Below are positions 37,518 through 49,250 of a stretch of DNA of 64,000 nt, piece by piece. The DNA is taken from assembly GCA_043228905.1 (NCBI GenBank), contig JBHGNT010000002.1, forward strand, positions 21,266,001 to 21,330,000, written 5' to 3'. Each line of letters begins with the position of its first letter. Position 1 is the first letter of the stretch. The notes beneath the pieces are model-generated. The model was given only the letters and a program-made list of their open reading frames with translations. It had not been told where the DNA came from and did no database searches. Position numbers and translations under genes: made by a program. The stretch is from Azolla caroliniana (Eukaryota > Plantae > Polypodiophyta).

Positions 37518-40500
37518 TGATAGGAACTACACGCTTCGATGAACAACGGTCAACCACAACCGAGCTTAAAATAAAACACAGAAAATAGGGAATGAAAGCA
37601 CAACACAAAGGTGAGAAGAGTACACAGGATGTTTACGTGGAAAACCCAAACTCGGGAAAAACCACAACAGCCCACAGACCGCAAACTATCACTATATCAA
37701 AATCTACAATAAGAAAGCACCGAGGCCACGACCTCGAGCTTGCTATCTTCGCCACAGGCGGCGGTTACAACAGAGGCAACGACCTCTTCCTCTCTCTCAC
37801 TCTCTTTGTACACAGTTACGCGCTCTAATCTTGCACCAACAAGAATGACAACCACACTACACAAAGTTTGCCCTAAGTCATATTTATACTAATATGACTT
37901 TTCGGCTATCTACAAATATAGCCCTGATGGACTCTCAAAAGACATATTAACGAATATGTCCCTTCATCCGGTGAGCGCTCCTCACCGGGCCTGCATCATC
38001 CGGATCTTGCCGGGCACTCGTCATCTGGTTCTCACCGGGTCTTCCGTAGCTGGGTACTCTTTATCCGGTTCTCACCGGGTCTTCCGTAGCTGGGTATTCC
38101 TCATCCGGTTCCGGCCTCGGCCGAGTTTACTCATCAGCACTGTTCTTCTCACTTCCCATCCGGAGGGACCTATCTCCCAACAAACTCCCCCTTCACTACG
38201 GCATGGGGTGTCTTACTAGTCTAATCCGCTTTCGGCATGCTTCCAGCTTGTCGGGTATCAGCACTTTGGTCAGCATATCTGACTCGTTCTCGGCCGTGTG
38301 AATCTTCGTCAGTGCGAACTCCTGGTTCTCCACTCTTTCCCGAATCTAGTGATACCTACGCTAGATGTGCTTCATCCTGGAATGGTACGCTGCATTCTTA
38401 GCAAGGTGGATGACACTTTGACTATCGCAATAGAGCCGATATTCATCTTGTCGAATATCGAGCTCTCCGATGAAGTCCTTCATCCATAATATTTCCTTGC
38501 CAGCTTCCACAGCTGCCATGTACTCCGCCTCCGTGGTTGACAACGCAACCGTCTTCTGCAGCCTCGACTGCCACGAAACAGCTCCCCCTGCATATGTCAT
38601 AACATACCCAGATGTAGACCGGCTGGTATCCACATCAGCTGACATGTTCGAATCGGAGACACATATTCGAAGTGCCCTTCAAGTACCGGAGTATCCATTT
38701 GACCGCGTTCCAGTGCTCCTTGTCGGGATTGCTCATGAACCGGCTGACCACTCCGACTGCGTATCCAATATCTGGTCGAGTACACACCATTGCGTACATT
38801 AAGCTCCCGACAGCAGAGGCATATGGAACCTTCATCATATCCACCTTCTCTGCTTTCGTCTTCGGGCTTTGCTTACCGGATAACCTGCAGTTTGTCGGAA
38901 GTGTCGATCCGACCGGTTTCGCATCTGACATGTTGAACCGCTGAAGCACCTTTGTCACGTTCTTCTCCTGTGACAACCACAATTGCTTCATTGACCGGTC
39001 CCGGATAATATGCATCCCCAACATCTGTCTTGCCGGACCCAAGTCTTTCATTGAGAAGGTCTGGTTGAGAGCCTTCTTCAGCATCCGTATTTTGGCTTGG
39101 TCCCATCCGACGATCAACATGTCGTCCACGTACAGAAGGAGTATCAGGAAGTCGCCTCCTTCGAACTTCTTCACAAACACGCAGTGATCGGCCTGGGTCT
39201 TGTGGTACCCTTGATCAGTCATGAAGGAGTCGAACTTCCGGTACCATTGTCGGGGGAGCATGCTTCAGTCCGTACAGGTTCTTCTTCAACCGGCATACCA
39301 GGTGCTCCTTCCCTTTCTCCACGAATCATTCCGGTTGCTGCATGTAGATCTCCTCTTCGAGGCCACCGTGAAGGAATGTCGTCTTCACGTCCAGCTGCTC
39401 TACCTCAAGGTCCATGCTTGCCGCTATACTCAGCACCGTCCGGATAGAGGTCATCTTTACTACCGGGGCAAATATCTCGTCGAAGTCCACGCCCTTCTTC
39501 TGCTAGAACCCCTTCACCACGATCCTAGCTTTGTATCTCGCGGGGTTGCCGGCATCTCCCGGTTTCAACTTGTACACCCACTTATTTCGGACTGCCCGCT
39601 TTCCTTTCGGCAACTCCACCAATTCGTAGGTATGGTTCTCATGTAGGGAATCCATCTCATCCTGCATGGCACTTAGCCATTTGCGGCTATGGGCGTCACT
39701 TTTAGCTTCCTCGAAGCTTTCTGGCTCCCCCTCATCGGTCAGCAGCACATGCTCTGCATCCGGAAATCTCTGGGGGGGCCTTCTCTCTCTGAGAGGATAT
39801 CTCCGTCTTTGGGCTTCGGTAACCGGCTCCTCCATTTAATCTTCATCCGAATCCGATTCGGGGTCTTGGCCGGTTCCGGTTTCAGCTTCCTCTACTTCTT
39901 CTTCTGCCGGTTCGGTATCCTCACCGTAACCAGCCGGTTCCTCGAGTGCTAACCGGTCTCTTGCCGATTGGGTCTGCTCATTGTAGAATCGATCCTTACC
40001 GGTCGACTCGGAGTTCATTATCTTCTTCTCCGACTCCTAGTCGGCGAGTGTCTTGTCCTCCATGAAGATAATATCTCGACTCCGGAATACCTTCTTGTCG
40101 ACCGGGTCCCACACTCGGTAGCCGAACTCATCGTCGCCGTAACCGAGGAATATGCATGGCTGGGTCTTTGGATCTAACTTTCCTCTCCGGTCCTTAGCTA
40201 CGTGCACATATGCAAGACACTCGAATACCTTCAGATGCCGGTAGGACACTTCCTTACCGGTCCAGACTCTCTGTGGCGTGTCTCCGTCCAAGGGTACTGA
40301 GGGTGATCTATTTATCACATATGTCGCCGTCGACAGTGCCTCAACCCAAAACTTCTTGGGTTGTTTTGCATGCGCCAACATACTCCAGACCCTCTCCATT
40401 ATGGTCCGGTTCATCCTCTCGGCCAACCCGTTTAGTTCCGGCGTCTTCAGCACAATAAATTCGAGCCGGATTCCCTTCGAGCGACAATACTCTTCGAACT

Positions 40501-42896
40501 GCCCCCGGTATTCACCTCCGTTATTTGCTCGAACCGCCTTTAGCTTCCAACCGGTTTCTCTTTCCACTCTCGCATGGAGCTCTTTGAGGATGGATAGCAC
40601 CTGATCCTTCGTCTTCAACGGTGTGGCCCACAGCTTCTGGCTCTGGTCATCTATGAACGTCACGAAGTACTGCGATCCTGCATGTGACTTCGTGTCTGCT
40701 TGATACACATCAGTATGCACCAACTCCAGTGGTGCATTACGTCTCATCGGTGGCCTTGGTTGGAAGGAGGTCCGGTTTTGCTTACCGGCTAGACAATCAG
40801 TGCACTTCTCCAAGTGCACATTCTTCACTGGAAGGAGGTTGTTGTCTGCAAGCCTCTTCATCCCCTTCTCGCTCATGTGACACAGCCTCTTGTGCCATAG
40901 CTCACCGGTAGTGTCGGATGCCACGTTCACTTCCTCCGGACATAACCGGGCATTCATCAGGTACAACGTGTTGACCTTTCAGGCCCGAGCCACAATCAGG
41001 CTCCCCTTGCTGAACTTCATAACACCGTTCCGGATGCTACCCATGTAGCCTTCATCATCTAGCCGACCGGCGGATATTAGGTTCAGAAGAACCTTCGGAA
41101 CGTGTCGGACATCCTTTAGCAGTAGCTTGCATCCGGTTGGTGTTGTCAATCACACATCTCCTATGCCGACAATTCGGCATGTACCTTCATTCCCCATCCG
41201 GACACAGCCGTGATCACCAGCTGCGTAGGATGAGAAGCATTTCCGGTCCGGGGTAAGGTGGAACGACGCTCCGGAGTTGACCACCCAGGACATCTCGTCG
41301 CCGGCAAGGTTTATCTCACTCTCCTCAGTGATGAGCATCAACTCTTCTTCACTTGTCGCGATTGCGGTCGTTCCCTTCCGGTCCGTTCCCCTCCGGTCTT
41401 TACCGTTCCGGTCCGGTGTCCGCTTCAAATCAGTACCGTCGGTTTCCTTGTCTTTCCGGAAATGCCGACAGTTCTTCTGGAAGTGTCCCGGCTTGCCGCA
41501 ATAGAAGCAAGTAGGCCTCCCCCTTGACTTTGACCGTGTCCCCGACTTTTCCCGGTTCTGGGGACTACGATTTCTTTGTCTTCCGCGTTCCGATTCGGTA
41601 AGGAGCGTTTTGGAGTCGGAGCACGTATCCTTATCTTTCCGACACGCCTCTTCATCTAGCAAGCTCGACTTCACTCTTGCTAGGGATAACCGTTTCCCTT
41701 CCGACCCGGCGTTGCCCAAAGTGACAACCAACGTCTCCCAGCTATCCGGGAGGGAACCGAGCAGGAGTAACGCTAGTACCTCATCGGCGAGAGGTATTTC
41801 CAATGATGTTGCCTGGTGGATCAGCCCCTCGAAGGCATTCATGTGCTCCGCCATGCTGGAGCCATCTTGGTACCGGAGTCTTACTAGCTTCCGGAATACC
41901 GAAACCTGGTTAACAACATTTTTGTTTTGAAACATAATGCCGATCTTCTCCCAGAGCTCATGAGCCTTGTTCTCTTCATTGAAGTTGTTGTATAGGCTCA
42001 TGTCGATGAAGCACCGTATGTAAGCCGTTGTCTTCATTTGCATCACCTCCCATATCGTGGCGTCGATTTTGTCCGGTCTCTTGTCCCCAAACTGAACCGG
42101 CAACCAAAGATCTTTAACCACGAGCATGTCCCTCATCTTTGACTTCCACACCGAATAGTTGGAGCCGGTGAGCTTGAACATGCCTCCCAACGAATCGTCC
42201 ATTTTTTGTGTCGTTTCGCTCTGATACCACTTTGACAGGAACTACACGCTCCGATGAACAACGGTCGGCCACAACCGAGCTTAGAATAAAACACAGAAAA
42301 TAGGGAATGAAAGCACAACACAAAGGTGAGAAGAGTAAACAGGATGTTTACGTGGAAAACCCAAACTCGGGAAAATCACGGCAGGCCACAGACCGCAAAC
42401 TATCACTATATCAGAATGTACAATAAGAAAGCACCGAGGCCACGACCTCAAGCTTGCTATCTTCGCCACAGGAGGCGGTTACAACAGAGGCAATGACCTC
42501 TTCCTCTCTCTCACTCTCTTTGTACACAGTTACGCGCTCTAATCTTGCACCAACAAGAATGACAACCACACTACACAAAGTTTGCCCTAAGTCATATTTA
42601 TACTAATATGACTTTTCGGCTATTTACAAATATAGCCCCGATAGACTCTTAGAAGACATATTTACGAATATGTCCCTCCATCCGGTGAGCGCTCCTCACC
42701 GGGCCTGCATCATCCGGATCTTGCTGGGCACTCGTCATCCGGTTCTCACCGGGTCTTCCGTAGCTGGGTACTCTTCATCCGGTTCTCACCGGGTCTTCCG
42801 TAGCTGGGTATTCCTCATCCGGTTCCGGCCTCGGCCGAGTTTGCTCATCAGCACTATTCTTCTCACTTCCCATCCGGAGGGACCTATCTCCCAACA
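37518..42896 (-). mobile_element. Element H: near full-length Tnt1/Tork-like copia
   Basis: LTRs 37518-38182 and 42233-42896; TSD GTTAC; PBS (GCTCTGATACCA on plus) at 42218-42229; PPT next to 38183. Confidence 0.96.
38200..42202 (-). pseudogene. pol: Gag-pol of H
   Basis: CFYCGKPGHFQKNC, WVVNSGASFH, LWHKRLCHMS, FIDD, LLLYVDDMLI, WQSRLQKTVALSTTEAEY; stops and frameshifts. Confidence 0.94.
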
Positions 42897-43670
42897 GTTA
42901 CGAATGTTTCGCTTCCTCTTCCTACCTCCCCTTCTTGTTGGGCATTCAATCATCTCCAATGTATACTTACCTATAAAAGCATTTGCACTTCTAATGTTGT
43001 ACCAATGAACATTTACAGACTTGATCATGTTTTCTATTTCATGCATTAGCACTTCTAGAATTTTACCCACCCAAAATTGGTGGCCATGTGAGTTCTCATC
43101 AGCCGGCGTTGCAATCAACATCCTTGTCGTGAGCTCTTGCAAATTTCCTTGCCATCTAGCTTCGGCTACTTTGGTCATCCTTGGTCCCACATAAATGTAT
43201 CTTTGTTGTGGATGGACCAAGTTGTCATTAATCGCATTTGCTGGTTGATTCAGAGTTCTATTTACACGATCATGTTGCAACGACCATGTGAATGGCGTTT
43301 CCAAATTCCAATTATCACCAAATACACAATTTTCTATAATTCCTTTCTGATCACTATAAAATACATCCCACCATGACATGTCTTGTTGTGCGGCATATTT
43401 CTTGGCGGCCTCAATATGCTTTCTTTTTTCTTCTAAGGCTTGGAGCCATGACCGCTTTTGTTCTGATACCAAGACACTCTACAACTGTCCTTTCTTCTCA
43501 ATTGGGCTTAGCTCCATGGACAATTGTACTCGGCATACAAAGTAATAATTGGCAACCACCTTCAAGTTCCCATGTTGTAGAAGATGAATATTATTTAGCA
43601 TACAAAAGTGTAGAACCACTTATTTCATTTTTCTTTATCATAAAAATGTGATTGAAACTTATATTGTTTA
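42897..43670 (-). pseudogene. N-terminal part of the split non-retroviral ORF, possibly from a DNA transposon
   Basis: ORF 42786-43472 (FWVGKILEV...VHWYN...GKYTLE) plus an upstream degenerate frame LNNISFNHIFMIKK...YAK*YSSSTTWE; no retroelement motifs. Confidence 0.65.
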
Positions 43671-46336
43671 ACTAGGCAAGCACTTTAACAATAAAGAGTA
43701 CACAGGATGTTTATGTGGAGAACCCTAATAGGGAGAAACCATGGGAGCCCATAGACTCCAAACTATCACTATATAAGAAAGGAACAAACAGAGACTCCGA
43801 GGCAACGACCTTGAGCTCTGTATCTTCGCCAGCCGGCGGTTACAATAGAGTATCGCTCTGTATCTCCCTCTCTCTATACAACAGTTATACACATACAACA
43901 ATATGACAACCACTCCAACTCTTTCAAAGTGATTGCCCTAAGTCATATTTATACTTATATGAACTTAGGGCTACTTACAAATATAGCCTCAATAGGATTA
44001 CTCAAAACATATTTACAAATATGTCTTCTCTTTCGGTTCTCACCAGGTCTATCCGATCCGGTTTCGAGATCTCTTCCGGTTGTCACCAGGTCCTCTTCAT
44101 TCATAACTGGATCCCATCCGAAGGGACCAATTTCCCACCAATCTCCCCCTTCACTCCATCATGGGATATCTCGCAAGCCCGATTCGCTTTCGGCACGCGT
44201 CCAGCTTGTCAATTGTCAACACCTTGGTCAGCATATCCGACCCGTTCTCCTCTGTGTGGATCTTTGTCACCACGAACTCTTTCCTGGATCCAGTGGTACC
44301 TTCACTGCTAATGTTTCATCTGGGAATGGTAGGTCGCGTTCTTTGCAAGGTGGATGGCACTTTGATTGTCACAGTAAAGCCGGTATTCCTTCTGTTGGAT
44401 CCCTAGCTCTCCGATGAAGTCCTTCATCCAGATTATCTCCTTCCGGCTTCCACAACTGCCATGTACTCTGCCTCCGTGGTTGACAACGCAATCGTCTTCT
44501 ACAGCCTCGACTGCCATGAAACAACTCCCCCTGCATAACTCATGACATATCCAGATGTAGACCAGCTGGCTGGTATGCACATCAACTGACATATCCGAAT
44601 CTGTGAAACCATCGAGCTGGGGTTTTCTGGAGCCAAACCGGAGGCACATACTCGAGGTGTTTTTCAAATACCGGAGTATCCACTTGATCGCATTCCAATG
44701 CTCCCTTCCGGGATTGCTCATGAACCGGCTCACCACTCCGACTGCATATCCGATATCCAGTTGGGTACATACCATCGCGTACATCAAGCTTCTGACAGCA
44801 GAGGCATATGGTATCTTCATCATATCCGTCTTCTCCGCTTTGTCCTCGGGCTTTGTTTTCCGGATAGCTTCAGTTTTTCGGAAGTGTCGATGCAACCGGT
44901 TTCGCCTCCCACATGTTGAACCGTTGAAGCACCTTTGTCACATACTTCTCATCTGACAACTACAACAGCTTCTTCGACCAGTCCCGGATGATGTGCATTC
45001 CCAATATCTGTCTTGCCGAACCCAAGTCTTTCATTGAGAAGGTCCGGTTCAGAGCCTTCTTCAGCATCCGAATCTTGTGTTGGTCTCATCTGACGATCAA
45101 CATATCATCCACATATAGGAGGAGTATCAGGAAATCTCCTTCGTCAAATTTCTTCACAAACACGCAGTGATCGGCCTACATCTTGTGGTACCCTTGGTCG
45201 GCCATCAAGGAGTCGAACTTCCGATACCATTGCCGGGGAGCTTCCATAAATCTGTATAAGCTCTTCTTCAGCCGGCACACCAGGTGCTCCTTCCCTTTCT
45301 TCTCAAATCCTTCTGGTTGATGCATGTAGATCTCTTCTTCGAGGTCGCCATGTAGGAATGTCATCTTGACGTCCAATTACTCTACCCCGAGGTCCATGCT
45401 TGCTGCTATGCTCAATACCATCTGGATGGATGTCATCTTAACTACCAGGGCAAAAATCTCATCGAAGTCCACTCCCTTCTTCTGCTGGAAACCCTTCACT
45501 ACGATTCGGGGTTTGTATCTCGGCGGGTTTCCGGCATCTCCCGGTTTCAGCTTGTACACCCACTTGTTCCAGAGTGCTATCTTCCCTTTCGGCAACTCCG
45601 TCAGTTCATATGTGTGGTTCTCATGCAAGGAATCCATCTTGTCCTACATGGAACTCAACCACTTGCGGTTGTGGGTGTCTCTCTTTGCTTCTTCGAAGCT
45701 TTCCGGCTCCCCCTCATCGGTTAGCAACACATGCTCTACATCCGGGAATCTTTGGGGGGTTCTTCTCACTCGGAGAGGATATCTCCGTCCCTAGCTTTTT
45801 ACTACCGGTTCCTCCATTTGTTCCGAATCCGAATCTGATTCAGGATCCTGTCCATATTCAGTGTCTTCTTCTTCTTCTTCTTCTTCGGTCGGTTCGGTTT
45901 CTTGTCCGTATCCGGCCAGTTCGTCGAGTGTCATCCGGTTACCGGCTAACATCCGCTTTTCAACCGGGTAAGTCCTTGTGTCCTCAAACCAGTTTTCATT
46001 GGATGATTTGGAGTTCATCATCTTCTTCTCCGACTCCCAGTTGGCAATGGTCCTATCTTCCATGAAGACTATGTCCCGACTCCAGAACGCCTTGTTATTG
46101 ACTAGATCCCACACCCAGTAATCGAACCAATCATCGTCGTATCCAAGGAATATGCATGGCCAAGACTTCGTATCCAGCTTTGCTCTCTTGTCCTTCACCA
46201 CATGCACGTAAGCGAGACATCCAAACACCTTTAGATGCCGGTAGGATACGTCCGTACTGCTCCAAACTTTCTACGGTCAGTCTCCGTCCCACAGTACTGA
46301 CAGTGATATGTTTATCACATAGGTCATCGTCATCAG

Positions 46337-46831
46337 TATTCGGAAACATGTCCCTCCGGATGGGAAGTGAGAAGAACTGTGTTTATGAGCAACTTGGCCG
46401 AGGCCAAAACCGGAAATTGTGGAGATAGCCAACACGGAAGGCTAAACTTGTAAATAGTCGAAAGGTTACATTAGTATATAAGTACTTAGGGCAATCATGC
46501 TAGATGTGTGTATTATTGTAAAGTTACTGTTGTTGAGGTCGTGACCTCTGTAACTGTGAGAGTGAACGAGTGTGAGTGGAAGCGAGTGAGCTCCATAACT
46601 GCATGTTGGTGAAGCAGGATCTCGAGGTCGTTGCCTCTGAAATCTCTGATTGTATTCCTTTCTCTCATAGTGTTCTGTTTGGAGTTGGTGGACTACACGT
46701 GGTTTCTTCCCCGTTCGGGTTTCCACGTTAAAATCTGTGTCACTCTTAGTTTCTAGTTTTTCCTTTCCATTAGATTGACTATTATTCCGCACACGTACAA
46801 CCGGTTGTGGCCGGCAACGATTTTAACTTCA
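46337..46831 (+). mobile_element. Solo LTR J (relative of the H/I LTR family)
   Basis: Starts TATTCGGAAACATGTCCCTCCGGATGGG, ends AACTTCA; flanks ATCAG/ATCAT; the host integrase resumes on both sides. Confidence 0.85.
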
Positions 46832-47405
46832 ATCATTGCCTCAGCCCAAAATTTCTTGGGTAACTTGGCATGTGCTAGCATGCTTCAAACTCTCTCCATC
46901 ACGGTCTGGTTCATCCGTTCGGCCAACCCATTCAATTCTAGCGTCTTCGGCATGGTGAATTCGAGCCGGATTCCCTTCGACCGGCAGTACTCCTCGAACT
47001 GCCCCCATTATTCTCCTACGTTATTTACTGCAACCGCCTTCAGCTTCCAGCCTGTGTCGTGCCTTTCGGCGTCGGATCGTTTGCGTGAGTCGAGTGGGAA
47101 CCGCTAGGCTTTTGGACTAGGAGAAAGAAGAATATGAGATAATGTTAGTTAGGAAGAGATTGTAAGAAGAAGATATGAAACTCGTGAATCCCACGAGTAT
47201 AATGTATTAATGGGTAATTAGATTGTAAGAGAGAATTAGATGGTAAAATTGTGAATCCCACGAATATTTTGTATTAATCAATCCTTCTAAAAAAAATCAA
47301 CAACACTATACATCTTTCTCTCTTCCTTATATAGTGTTGGAAGAGTCTAAGTTTATCACATGCAAGCATCATGCTTTTCCTAACTTTAGTTTTCATGCAC
47401 ACTAC

Positions 47406-48858
47406 TGTTACCAGCCAGCAAGAAGGGTTAAGGAGGTCCAAACCAGAGTGTGAAAGGAATAGTTATTTGGGAACTGTTGTAATTAGTAGTCTTAATATAT
47501 ATATTACTATATAAGAAGATGTGGACGGACGGACCGGTATCGGTATGCCGATCCGGATCCGGAACAATCCCGTAAAGGTGCCGGATGGCACCGTTTTGTA
47601 TTTTGCACTGGAGACCTATATAAAGGCCCGGTTACAATGTAATCAGGAGCAGATAATTAATAAAGCTTATTGTCTTAATCTTCCAGTGTTGATTACCGTT
47701 CTGTATTCATTGTTATATCTTACGCGTGTTAATTACTGTTTGCTAAGTAACAAATTAAGGTCTAATTAAGCGTTGTGCCGTAAATCATTCTGTCGTACCA
47801 CCCTTTGGTAAAGTGTCTTAAGTGGACACCTTGTGTTATGCTGTTGTCCGGCCTTAGGGCGGACGTGGAAAACCGGTGAAAGGAGGGCGACGAGTGTTAT
47901 ACGCTGACCTCGGAGGACTTCACAGCCATAAGGGATGAGCTGGCGGAAGATTTCACGGCCCTGGCAGATGAACAATTGGTGCAGGTCCGGCAACTCGTAG
48001 CTCAACTGGACGACAATCGGCTGGAGGCTAAAATCCAGTTCGAAAGCTATGAGCGGTCCCGGCTCCGGGAAGAAAAAGCGCGGAAGGCGGCAACGGTCAA
48101 CCTTAGTGATGAGGAACCGTCGCCGGTGCAAGGACCGGAGGGGGAATAGGCCGGGGTCAGTCAGCCACTGACAACTCCAACGGAGGAATCAACGAAGGAA
48201 ACGCCGGTGTGAGAGCCACAAACGGAGCAGTAGCCACAACCACAAACGGAACAACAGCAGTAGCCATAGCAGCAACAACAGATTCTCGACGATCCATTGG
48301 AAATTTTGGAGCAAAGCATTCTGGACATTTTGGACGAAGCGTACAAGGGCCAGATAATGGGTTCGACGTACAAGGTACTATCCCACGGGCGTGCCATGTG
48401 TTATCGGCCGGCAAGAAGGCTTAAGGAGGTCCAAACCAGAGTGTGAAAGGAATAGTTATTCGGGAACTGTTGTAATTAGTAGTCTTAATATATATATTAT
48501 TATATAAGAAGATGTGGACGGAAGGACCGGAATCGGTATGCCGATCCGGATCCGGAACGATCCCGTAAAGGTGCCGGTTGGGACCGTTTTGTATTTTGCA
48601 CCGGAGACCTATATAAAGGCCCGGTTACAATGTAATCAAGAGCGGATAATTAATAAAGCTTATTGTCTTAATCTTCCAGTGTTGATTACCGTTCTGTATT
48701 CATTGTTATATCTTACGCGTGTTAATTACTATTTGCTAAGTAACCAATTAAGGTCTATTTAAGCGTTGTGTCGTAAATCATTCTGCCGTACCACCCTTTG
48801 GTAAAGTGTCTTAAGTGGACACCTTGTGTTAGGCTATTGTCTGGCCCTAGCAATAACA
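47406..48858 (-). mobile_element. Element K: 1.45-kb TRIM-like deletion derivative with a tRNA-Arg PBS (Tat-like)
   Basis: TSD ACTAC; LTRs 47406-47857 and 48399-48858; PBS TGGCACGCCCGTGGGA on minus at 48381-48396; about 540 bp Pro-rich degenerate internal region. Confidence 0.88.
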
Positions 48859-48988
48859 ACTACATGTGCATGATTAGCTTTCTATCCCATCTTTTCTTTT
48901 AACTCGAGTGTGTATGCATGAATAACGTTTTGTACCATGCATATCTAGACTATTTACATGGGATAAAGTTTAGTATAACTTTACAATT

Positions 48989-49064
48989 CATAGTATGCTA
49001 GTATAGTGGTAATGTTGGGGTTTGTCTACATGGAGGTACAGGGTTCAAATCTTGCCCTATGCAC
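48989..49064 (+). other. tRNA-like A-box/B-box cassette in the 3' LTR of G
   Basis: TAGTATAGTGG at 48999, GGTTCAAATC at 49042, CATAG/CTATG terminal pairing, T-run downstream. Confidence 0.6.
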
Positions 49065-49250
49065 ATAATAAATATTTTCAATATTTTATTTATTATTTAT
49101 TATACGTACTCTAAATCGGATATAGTGTTTTACATATTTCACGTAGTGTGTGATTCACACTACGACACTCGCCCCCTCCAAACCCGCACATCCTCCGGTA
49201 TGTGCCGAAGTCCCCGATGCTTGCTATTCACCTTCATCCGAAGCTTCCTC

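Noticed and set aside
48989-49064. Functional tRNA-Asp gene
   Set aside because: Anticodon and acceptor stems do not pair properly; only the promoter boxes and rough layout remain.
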